DNA from: Tubiluchus corallicola
Lineage: Eukaryota; Animalia; Priapulida
DNA: 64,000 nt
NCBI GenBank assembly: GCA_030141605.1
Contig: JAQGDQ010000208.1
Span: forward strand, 186,001 to 250,000
Reading direction: 5' to 3'
A program made the position numbers and the translations under genes. Below the pieces are notes generated by a model that saw nothing but the letters and a program-made list of their open reading frames with translations, made no database searches and was not told the origin of the DNA. This document shows, piece after piece, positions 11,710 to 22,966 of the stretch (positions are counted from its first letter, which is position 1; each line of letters opens with the position of its first letter).

Positions 11710-14379
11710 TCACTGTACAGCAAAATTTACGCCTAACAGAAATGCTTGCTTAGTCTTAGTGGTTACTAAGTAAGACATACCGAAAAATAATCTTCAGCTA
11801 GAAAATAACGGCTGTTTATGATATTTAAGGTTGCTTGTATTGCCCAATTAAAATACATTCACTGCACGGACACCAAATAACTGAACTGAATGACTTGAAG
11901 ACAGTTGCAATTTAGAATTGCCAGAATCAAATTTGATATCAAACTGGTCTTGATTTTCGTCATTGTCGGTTGTCATTCACGGAATGAACAACCAATAAAA
12001 AATGACTCAGCTAGAAAAGCCCATTGATAGTGGATATGTAAACAGTGCACTACTAACTATCTGCTTTGCCACTAAAAACAAAAATTGATGGTAAATGCAT
12101 GAGTGAAGAAATTTTCGTGAGTAACTGTTTGCAAGTTTTACAGACTTGTACAGAAAATCACACGCGAACTTGCACTCCTACTGCTGCGACTAAGTTACTA
12201 ATCGGCTATGGTGTTTTGACGATCTACTGCCTTATTTAAAGGTGAAAATTTGTCCTGTAGTCAGACACACTTGGTGTTATCCAAATATGATTTAAAAATT
12301 CATTTGTGCTTCTGCTTTTAATTCCTGAAATATTTGAATTCCCAAATAACTTCTTCTTTCACTTCTTTGCTAAAGCACTTTTTCTTTGAATTTGCTTTCT
12401 AACCCTTTCCAACACATGCTACAAAGCTCGTTTTCAAGGAAGCATTTGCCGCTATTTCACAAATGAAGAAAGTAAGAGAACACCCATTCAACCAACAGTT
12501 ATGTGCAAAGTAATTGTAAGTAAAAACTGATCATGTGAACAAAACTCTTTTGAAGACCATAGGACCAGGCATTACATGTGAGTCATGATAACTGTGGAAG
12601 GCTGAAATCCTGTACATTTACGAGGGACAGTTCTGTTTGTATGAAGAGGTCATTTTTCATTTTTGTAGCTTTAAATTTTAGACATATAGGTCCTTGTAAG
12701 TTTCAAGATTAGATTAACGTAAATTGGGATTAATTGGTAATTAAATACTACACTCATTGGCATCAAGCAAACCATAGTCCACATTAACTGAATCATCAAA
12801 CTGTTCCACTTACCTACACTGCATCTGAATTTGAAACACAAAACTTTGAACAATCTGCCATTAACTTACTTGGCCTAAGAACTTAAAGTTTTTTAATGTA
12901 CATATGTACATGTTTGAAAATCATCAGTTAGAATGCAAAAATGTGATGCAAGTCAAACAAGAAAGTTAGTCTATATAGATAAGGTAGACAAATGTCAATA
13001 TTCAAGCCAATGTTTACATATGGTGCATAGCACTGACTGACTTTACAGACAATACACTATTAAGTATGCACATGCTACATTTGTGCCAGTTTGTCATATT
13101 GACTGGGTAGGGCATGCATGTGTGTTTTAGTTCAAACATAGGGAGCTCATTAGCTTGACTACATTCTAGAATATTTTCGATGTTTGCAGCCATTTGCCTC
13201 AAACTGATGAATTGCGATTTGTTTGGCTCCCTCAGAGCTTCCCCGAACTCTCATTACTTTCCTAAGCCATTTTTATGATTAAAACAACTTCTAGAAATTC
13301 AGAATCTTTTAAAATTACAACAAATTTCTGCTCGTATGACCGACGTTGCCAGTAAAAAATAGGTAGCCTAAACAAACAAAGATACAACCGTGTTTAAGCA
13401 CTATAAAGTTCATCTTATTTACACGTGTCTTTACAGCTGCAACATTTTCAAGTTTATTTTGGTCCCATAAAATACCTACCAGCTATATTTTAAGGCATAA
13501 ACAGAGTAAACCTAATAGCACTAGTCACCTTAAGATATCCAATTAGTACGTACATATTAGTAATTCTAACATAAAGATATGCTGTGGCCTTGTTCTATTA
13601 TAATTGTGTATTCCATTCGTTTTCGTTGATACTAAAACGAGTCACCGGCTGTTCTACTATACTGTATTTTCTGAAGTGTGTAATATTTATAATATGTGCA
13701 AATATTTACAATAATTACCGTAATATTTACAATACTAACAGTAAATGTGGAAACCTTACTGAACTTCCTGCCTATTTCTTAATGTTAAGTTCTAAGGCAA
13801 TTTTTTCAGAGGAATACTGCACTCTCTGGCATAGCAGACGGGGTCTTCTATTTTCAGGCTGGGTGGCGTAGGTTTAAAGGTGGAGTGGTGCACTTTACTA
13901 CCCTTTAATTAGTATAACTACACAAACTTCAAATATTTTCACACCAGACATTCCTTTAATTTAGTTTTAAAGAAATCTGTAAACAGCGGCTTCTACAAAA
14001 ATTTACGGTAAAGTATAGGGCTAGTAGTATAATTCATAAATTATAAACTTAAAAATAAAATACAATAAAGTTTTGCAAATTGTACCTTGCACTAACTTGC
14101 CATCGCCATCTATCACAGATCGCGGCTTAAGAAAATAACTTCTTTTGGCCAAAAACTTTTATCATAAAAATTAATGTGAACTTAGAACTAACCTGATACT
14201 AGTATAAATAAATGTATAAAGAAATGATGCAATCAACACTGCAATGCCAACTAAAGGCAGCTTCGCAATGCATGAATGTCACAGGATGTTGCAACAATTT
14301 TAGTTCTGCGCTCCGCCGCCAGATTAAAAATATACTCTGTTCCACCGGAACACGGAGGACACCAGACACTTTTATGATC

Positions 14380-14690
14380 TAGGGTGAGCATCGAACGTTG
14401 GAATGGATTCGAACCAAATTTTTTAATACCGAATTCGAACCTAAAATTATAGATTCGAATAATTCAGCACCTCGGCCATATACCTTCTTTATCATTATAA
14501 TGTTTGAAACAGCATGTAATTAGCACAATTTAGCTGCAGTTTCTGTACAAAACTTTTAACAAACTAATAGTGGTATTACTGCAGAACAAAATCAAGTAAT
14601 ATGCATGGTCTTTTTAAGACCACTTTGTTTTACTGGCTCGAAAACTTGTTCGAAAATCTTTCAAACTCAAAAATTTGATTCAGAAGTAAA
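14380..14690. mobile_element. hAT-like MITE family copy (inverted relative to 22347-22716; partial copy at about 19845-20010)
   Basis: Begins tagggtgagcatcgaa, carries multiple ttcgaa motifs, and aligns along its length with the reverse complement of about 22400-22716. Confidence 0.7.
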
Positions 14691-15671
14691 TTATCATGAT
14701 TGTTAAACACAACACTAGAAAAACAGAATTTCTGGGTGAACTACCGAAGTCTTGTTATACGTGCCTTAACTGTGCCATCCTCCACCTTATATTATGTTTT
14801 TCAAATATGCCTGCAACGAGGCTCGTTTCGAAAAAGACAAAAATGATTTTAAATGTCTTTTACAGTTTTAATCATAGGCATTTTATGTGCATATATATAA
14901 TGTGGAAATTTCAATATTTATAGGTGTATACTAAACTGCAATGAATGTTGGTCAAAGGTCGATTTTTCCTTTAAAAACAGTTTTAAACATGCAGCATTTG
15001 ATGTTAAATAAATAAGAGCATAATAAAGCATTTATACAAATAACTAAAACTAAAATCTGATCAGTTTAGACATATAAGTTTACTAAATTATGCATAGGTA
15101 TATATAATGCCTGTGCGGCCTTGTTTCTAGAATCTATTTATATGTGTATTTTAATATGTAGTTTGTTTTGTTTTTTGTTTACATGTAAATTTTTGGAGCA
15201 GATATATATAATTAAGTTGAAACAAGAATAAATTAGTATATTAAATTGTACGGAAAATATGTATTTATTTATGTCACAAGCAATAACTAATTAATATTGT
15301 AAAAATAATAAAAATACAAACATATACTTAAACAAAAGGCATATGCATTAGTTGTTATTGACAATCTAATTCTAATTAGGTCACCATGCTTTTTAACCCA
15401 CGTTAATTTATTACTAATCTCAAGAATAAAAAGTAATAGAAAATCATTGCTTTTTATCACATGTAATAAATATAGTCAGCATTACAAAGCACTTGTAGCA
15501 ACATTAACTGCGAATTGTTAATTGTCTTACTGGCTCCTTACTGTAACTTTTACTTAATTTTTTACTGTGACGAAAACGTTATTTGGGCCCATCCCCTAAA
15601 TCCGCCTCTGGCACGGTAGCACAGAGGCAGCAGTATTTAATATTGCAAATAGGCTCATCATAACCAGCTAA

Positions 15672-15997
15672 CCAATCAAACGTATTTGCCTAAAAATAAA
15701 CCTGACGTCAATGCTAACGAATGAGAAAAGGGTGCGTGTGTCAAGTTAAAAATAATCATGACGTTTCTTGTATCGTTACGCAAAAAGTACTGTTAAAGTT
15801 TATTCGTAGAATACCAACTCGTTCCAGTAAATTGTGCATTGCCATGGCTGCGGTAGCCAAAATTTTATCCAAATGTGCGTAATTTATTAAATTATGTCAA
15901 GCAAAATTAAATATTGATCCTGCACTAACCCCTCGCGGAAGAGTACCCATTTTGTGGAGCAGTGATTAGTCTATCCATGCGGTGTGAGATTGCGTCA
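15672..15997 (+). promoter_or_regulatory. Putative promoter/5' leader of the plus-strand C/EBP gene
   Basis: CCAAT at 15672-15676, perfect CRE TGACGTCA at 15703-15710, C/EBP site TTACGCAA at 15776-15783, composite ATTGCGTCA at 15989-15997, and short uORFs at 15844-15882, 15894-15917 and 15977-16027. Confidence 0.55.
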
Positions 15998-16112
15998 GAA
16001 TTCAGTTTTAGTTTGTCAATGTTCTAAATAGTGTATTGTATTTTTATCTAAACGGATATACGTAGTGGAAATATTCTGATTCTTGATAGTGGATTTTCAC
16101 GGTGGTTCTGTT

Positions 16113-17322
16113 ATGAGAACTTCGCCTTTTGAGAAAGAAAGGTCGTTAACTGAAAATGTGGTAGATTTTACCACGGAAATTTTCGATTTGTCGCCTTCGG
16201 CATGTTACGACTTGTACAACATGAGTTCGGATAACACATTGAACTTTTATGATGCTGAGACTAATGATAATGTTCCCGATGTTACTGTAAAAATTGAAAC
16301 AAATGAAATGTCCACTGCTGAGACAAATTCAAGCAGGCCTTCTGACAGCAACGCTAAACTGGAGTTTGACATATTAAAGTACAGCGAACCTTCTCTTGAT
16401 CTGAGGTACAAAGCGTTAAACAGTGAAATATAGCGATTTGCACAATTATAATTTTTTTCTAGTAGTAGTAACAGTAAAACTATTTAATTCTGTAAACTCG
16501 ATGCAATAGTTAAGGTGCTATGTATATGTTATGCATAATATATGAGCAGAATTGACTGTATTCTGAAGTCTGCTACTATGATAACGGTTGTATAAAATAT
16601 GAACGACTAAAATGTATACATAAAGTTTAAAATGTACAATGTTTGATTTTACAGTGTTGCCTTAAATATGTTAGAAGTAAGTTTTTGCAGATTTATGATT
16701 GTAATGTTAATTAACACATTAGTCACTGTTCATATTTCACTCTTGAAATATATCTCTTTTATATTTCAGCCTCTTTGATTCATCAATAACAACTCCTGAA
16801 GTAAATCAGTTGATGGCTGGCTTTTTTCCAGGTGCTAAAATGCTACCAGCTGAAACTCTGGATGGTTCGATTAATGTTCTTTCAGAAAGTCACACAGCAG
16901 AACCAGAATTTGTTAAACTGGAACAATCACCAAGTGAACATAATTATACCTCTCGTACCGTGGTTGTTGATACTGATGAAACATCTGGTGCAATTACTCT
17001 ATCACCATCTACATCTACCGAGTCCACTCATTCCAAAATTGTTGAAAAGCATGAAACACAAAAAAGCAAGTTTATTTATCGAAAGAGAAAAAGTACAGCG
17101 AAAAGTTCTGACAGTTATCAGGAGAAAAGGAAACGTAATAATGAAGCAGTAAGAAAATCTAGGCAAAAGACAAAATTGAAGCAGCTCGAAACTCAGGCTA
17201 AAGTTGACAGCCTTACAAAAGAAAATGAGACACTTCAGAAGCGGGTAGATCAACTTGTAAAAGAACTAGAAGTTTTAAAACAATTGTTTACTGTCTTCCA
17301 AACTCGCTCTGCAGACTCATGA
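16113..17322 (+). CDS. C/EBP alpha/beta/delta/epsilon-type bZIP transcription factor, 2 coding exons (16113-16405, 16770-17322), about 281 aa
   Basis: GT-AG intron 16406-16769 joins in frame (..SLDL-S-LFDSS..). bZIP YQEKRKRNNEAVRKSRQKTKLKQLETQAKVDSLTKENETLQKRVDQLVKELEVLKQLF resembles C/EBPbeta. Acidic N-terminal region with SEPSLDLSLF resembles the C/EBP activation box; SUMO-type motifs VKIE and VKLE. Start codon uncertain. Confidence 0.88.
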
Positions 17323-17414
17323 TATTCTGAAACACTAGTTCTAGCCTAGCAAAGGTTGTATCTTGTACATATTGTTTTAAATGGTTTTGACTTTCTATTT
17401 TTAGCATTGTATGT

Positions 17415-17610
17415 AGTTTTTTATTAGTGGTACTTACTACTGAGGTAGTATCATTTGTATGTAAGTGCTGTGAGATACTACTGAGTATTTTGAAGGCAGC
17501 AATTTCATTTTTTATCGTTGTATTTTATTGGTAGTACTTGTTACTAATATCATTATTTGTATATAAGAACTGTATGATGCTGATGAGTATTTTGAAAGTA
17601 ATTATGTGTA
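17415..17610 (+). repeat. Diverged tandem duplication (unit about 100 bp) in the presumed C/EBP 3'UTR
   Basis: ttttattagtggtacttac...tttgtatgtaag...gagtattttgaa recurs as ttttattggtagtacttgt...tttgtatataag...gagtattttgaa. Confidence 0.55.
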
Positions 17611-18053
17611 AGGAATATTTGATTAAACTTAGGCATATTTAGTGCGTACTATCATTATTGAGATTATGATTATTATTTTTACTGCGACGTGCAACGTGAA
17701 TACGCAATTATGTGTATAATATTTGTGATTCCACGCATTTACATTCAAAATTAAACTTTATTTGCATTGTGTTGATCGAGTAAGCATTTTTACATCATAG
17801 TTTTACATAGTGAGTTGAACACATGGTAATTCTGTAGCAAGCTCATTCAAGCAGCATCTGTTATTAACGGGAAGTTTATGAAAACAATCACTGTATTTAT
17901 TATTAAAGTGTGCGATTGTGCTACTTGTTATAAAATCGTTTTTTGGGGAAATTACTTCACATTCCAAATTCTGCTTTTACTTTACTTATAGGTAGGTGCT
18001 GTTGTAAGTATGAGTACGTGGTCTATAAAACATAGTTTTAGAATGTGTAATTA

Positions 18054-18234
18054 TAGTCAAACCTCTTTATACACCACCCACTTTGGGACTGCAAAAAAGG
18101 CTGGCGTTAAGCAACTTTGACATTATAGTGAGGTGCATTAATACTTACATGTCCATAACAATGTAGACATTTTGTTTTGCAAAATATTTGGGCACTAAGA
18201 GTTGGGGGGACATCATCCTAACGAGGTTTGGCTG
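18054..18234. mobile_element. Tc1/mariner-pogo type MITE
   Basis: TA|tagtcaaacctc ... gaggtttggctg|TA imperfect TIRs with flanking TA. Confidence 0.55.
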
Positions 18235-20029
18235 TAGTTTATTATACATATTCTGCGGACTATAGTTGCATTGAAAGTTGATTTGGTCTCTTGTGATGGT
18301 TTTGTTATACCTAGCTATGCATTTTAAGAACGTTTTTATACAATAATTATGGACTTGCTATAAATAGTAGTCAGTTACTTTATATTTTTTGCTTATATAC
18401 ATGTATATCAATGCGACATACACATCATTGTAAAACGACATCATTTTTCAGCTAATGTCCAATAGAGTGTACAATCAACATTATTCTTTGTTGCAATCCT
18501 GTTGAAATGTCATTTTTATCAGAAAAGTCGAATATAATGCCTTGACATATAGACACACGCCGAAGTTTTATTTATTTTCTCATAAGCATGATCACACTCT
18601 TTATTGCATTTGACTTTTTTGTTCTTTGTCAGTAATAGGAAATGCTACTTTATAGTGAAAATGTGCAGCTTTTTAATTAAGAGCTAAATTTTAGAAATGT
18701 ATAATTTATCTGTATGAATTAATTTTCTTGTATAAAACTCCTCTTGAAACTGTATCATTTAGATTTGTAAGTAGTTTGTATTTTTGTGTAGGTGTTGTGA
18801 TTTTCGTCCATTGTGATTAGTGAAAAGCAAGCATCTTGCCCAGATATAAGTAGGAATTATAGATTATGCAACAGCAATATGAATTTACTTTATGCAGAAA
18901 AGTGAAATTTATCAAATGTGTGTTCACATTATTCGGAAATACACTATTATTAGACACTACACTGTCTTTAAAAAATGCAAATTTACTGTTGAAGAAAAAA
19001 TAATATGCTAGATAACATTTATTGTTAGTAGCTGATTCTATGTAACCGGCCTCATAAAACTTCTATTCGTGTGGTTGTGATAATTTCAGTGTGGGTGTGA
19101 CTCATTAATTTAAATGAAATTCAGCCCAGTTATAGACCCTGTGAGAACATATTTTGTTGTGTAAAACATGACCTGAGGATGTAATTCAAGGTCTTTGCCA
19201 TGAAATTGTTTGTTTCAGTTTTTTTTGTCCACTGATAATGAAGATAATGTTTAGCACGTGAAATGTGAGCTTTCCTTTTAACTTGCTGTACAACAGGTTA
19301 TACCTCATTTACATGCAGAACTTATATCTCAGAGTTTTCATTAATTATTTAATAGTACCGAACTATAATGTTTAGTTACGTATCATAGGTCAAATATGCA
19401 GTCTAAGACGATGATTCGTGATGTATAACTGTTTGATGGCCATCTGTGTGTTCTATACGCACACCTTTAATAATATATGGTTGTTGGAAGAATGTCTTCA
19501 TAGACTACATGTGCTCACTAATAATCCTGTACATGTGCTTTCAGTCTCTCTAAAAAGTCAGTTTGGTACACTATAATGACACCTCAGGACTGACTGGTAA
19601 ACTGTTCTACTGATTAACGTCACTATTTGGTGGGAAAGAAACGTTTGTAATTACACTATAGTTTTTGCGTAAGGTTACAGAAACGGATATTTCAATGAAT
19701 AAAAATTTTCTGTAGCACGTTACGTCAGCTGTTTGCGTTTTCTGTTGTAATGACTGATCGTTTTTTTTAATGATTCTGGATCCAAAACGGTTATATAACA
19801 AGGTTGAAACCTCGTGCGTAGTACGTGCAGTATATATTGACTATGGGTGAACACTTTCAATGAGAAAGCGAGTTCTTACTGAATTTTTGACTTTCGAACT
19901 CGAATCAAATCCCAATCGAATTCAGTTTTAAAGATTTTCGAATTACATATATCGAAAAGAGCAATTCCACAAAGGTCATACCTATTGCTTGTTTTGTTCT
20001 GCAGTAAAAATCGTAACAAACTATATTCC

Positions 20030-20230
20030 AAATTAACAAAAAAATTTGAAAGTAAGAGGATTAATCTTAGAAATAAAATTAAGAATCTGTGCCCACTTGT
20101 GGAAACTGTGTTTCTCTACAACTCAGAGTTATGGACATTCAAAGCACAACACAAATCAGAAATTAATGCATTTCAAAGAAAAAACTATAGGAACATTCTA
20201 GGAATAAAACGGCAGAAGAACCATTACATT
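20030..20230 (+). mobile_element. Decayed non-LTR retrotransposon fragment (RTE-like, post-RT region)
   Basis: Translates to FESKRINLRNKIK...VETVFLYNSELWT...EINAFQRK..RNILGI; same family as 30570-31530. Confidence 0.7.
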
Positions 20231-22346
20231 TCCGTGTAAGAGCGACACGAAATGTTGGAAAACTTTTAATGCTCTAACTTGCCACGTGGAACACCCAGAC
20301 TCTTGAACGGTTTACAGGAGGCTTACAAAGACTTCCTCTAAATGCTTCACATGAACTGTTATCACTACCTCTCCAAAACTGATTCCATTGTTATGCGTTT
20401 CATACCATTTCACCAGAACTGCATCAGAATAATGAACTGACTGACTGACTAACTATAACTAGCTTAACTGTCTATAGCTAACTAACTAATTTGATTACAA
20501 AAATCGCAGCCTTGAACAGAGTTAGTGTACCCATATTGCATGATAGTTTGTTTATTTGCAATATGTAAACTATTATCATTTTTACTATAGTTCAAAATTC
20601 TACAGATTTAATTTAAAAGGAAAACTTGCCAAAATTTAATGAGTTAAAATATTGAAATTAGACAAAATTATTTGAGTTACTGTTTATTTATTCATAGTTT
20701 TTATAGCACGAAATTTTTATAACAGTAATTGTAAATTTTGTCTATAGATACCTACTTTATTATGACTGTGCTAATTCACATAAATTATTAAGACATGTGA
20801 TGCTATAACTATTATGAGAAAAGTGATCTATATCTAATATACATAATGTTTTAAACACGTTTTGTTTAAAACATAATAGCTTGCAACATAACGATTTAAC
20901 TTTAAAATGCCTGTTTTTATAGAATTTTATTAAGCAGTAGAATAAATAGCCTTAATATGAAATCAGATTTAACAGCTGAAATTAAAGGAAAAATGTACAT
21001 GCAATTCTATCACAAATGTATGCTATACATTCATATGCTCCAAGTATTTTTAGTCTGACTCTAAATGCAAATTTAAATCCTACTGAAATTTATACAGTAA
21101 GTATTTACAATTTATACAACAGCAAGCTTAATCAAAACAGCATTTAATACTTTCTCTAGAACCATTAAAAAGAAAAACTTGCCAAATAAGTGAGTCAAAA
21201 ATATTGAAATTGAACAATAAAATTATTCTTGCTCCTGCTTATGTCTTATTTTTACGAAATTTGCTAATGCACATAGATCATTATGGTATATCGACTTGCT
21301 ATATTTATAATTATTATATTGCGAGTAATTATAGATCTAGAACTAATAAACATTACAACCTGTGAATTGAATTTTATGAATTATGAATTTATTCCACAGC
21401 AAATTGTACATACAAATTGTTAATACATTATAAAATAAAATAAACCAGTTACTGTGTGGAGGAGGTAGGATCAGGTTGCGCATCGGAAAAACAGCTAAAA
21501 AGTTCATAATCGCTCGGTTTTTAGCGAGGTATTAACAATTGCGTTTTATGCCTAGGAAACGTGGTCAATGGTCGCGTGCTCTTGATATCCAATCACCGTT
21601 TTTATTACTTGATTAGCGCATAGGGCACACTGCCTGGCGAACTTTGTGGCTTTGTGTCTTAATTTGTGGTTTTTACTTCATAAAAATCGTTATTTGTCTG
21701 ACAGAAGTCTGGCTCATCCCAAGACGCTTGCTTGTTCCTCAGAAATAATAAGTAATAACAAGAAAACAAGAAAAAATTCTGAAAAGGGAGCAAGGTATAC
21801 CAGCTTTCTTCCTCCACCCATGTTTCAAAGATAAACAATTAAAAAAACAATGATAATGACACAATAATAAAATGACAAACATCTTTAAAATTCAAACATC
21901 AAGTTGCTGCACGTGTGGTTGTACATGTATAAATACATTTACCAAGTCATCAATTTGTGTACTAGCAAAATTAATGTGGGCTACTGTTGTCTGTAGTGCG
22001 TATGTGATATTTTGGAACGTGACACACTTGGGCAAGAGACATTTGGCGACCATGTTGTATTGGTGATTATATTTTTGTTTATTAAATTTTTTATGATTCG
22101 CTGTCTTCTGTAACTCGCACAAAATATTATCTCTCGACTCAAAGTGTACATATATATAGATATATATAGTCTACATATACATATATTTTATTAATATTTT
22201 TTAAGATTGTCTCATTAAATTCAATATGCTGAAACGTGTGTTATAGCCTGTCAGTTGACTTGCATCCTATGGCTTCCCACTTTTGATTTTCTGTTTATGT
22301 TGTTCATAAAATAAACGAAGCAGGAGAAGACACTGCATACGAGCAC

Positions 22347-22716
22347 TAGGAGTGGGCATTCTTTACCAGAATGCGAATTCGAATCGAACCGAATTTCAGT
22401 GTTTCTAATACGAATTGAGTTGGAAAGATTTTCGAACAGGTTCTCGAACCACTAGTAAAAAGTGCTTTTCACAAAGATCATACATAGTATTTGATTTTGT
22501 TTCGCAGTAAAACCACTATTAGTTTATCAAAAATTTTGCACAGAAGCTGCAGCGAAATTGTGCTATTTGCATGCTGTTTCAAACATTTTAACGATAAAGA
22601 ACACAAGTGGCTGGCTGAAGTGCTGAATATTTCGACTATATAATTTTAGGTTATATCTTATAATTTCAGGCCAGAACTAAAAAACTCGTTCGAATCGAAT
22701 TCGATGCTCACCCCTA
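22347..22716. mobile_element. hAT-like MITE, apparently full length
   Basis: TIRs taggagtgggcatt ... gatgctcaccccta, ttcgaa subterminal motifs, and degenerate 8-bp flanks acgagcac / ataggcac. Confidence 0.7.
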
Positions 22717-22737
22717 ATAGGCACCTGCTAATGATTA

Positions 22738-22930
22738 TGTAAAACTATGTCACGAAGATTTTGCATATTGTGTTTTTTGTAGCGGGGGTGTGCGCCATTT
22801 TTCTTGTTCCACGTGTGTGCGACATTTTTGTTTCAGTGACAAAATTCGATTTATGTGTGATGAACAATTTATAGTTTTAAATAAACAGATTGTATCTAAT
22901 AATTGAAACTTATCCGTGATTGTATTTATA
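22738..22930 (+). repeat. 5' LTR of BEL/Pao element
   Basis: TGTAAAAC...TATTTATA; direct repeat of 29109-29301; contains AATAAA. Confidence 0.95.
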
Positions 22931-22966
22931 TTTTGGTGCCGAACTGCCGGGAAAAGAGACCTTTAG

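Noticed and set aside
11252-17150. Identical 17-nt stretch cgtaataatgaagcagt in both C/EBP basic regions, suggesting gene conversion
   Set aside because: It encodes the most constrained residues (RNNEAV) in AT-biased codons, and flanking codons differ; too short to support conversion.
865-17322. E2 enzyme next to C/EBP genes as an equivalent of vertebrate CEBPB-UBE2V1 / CEBPD-UBE2V2 linkage
   Set aside because: The exon here is RAD6/UBE2A-B type, a different E2 subfamily from UBE2V.
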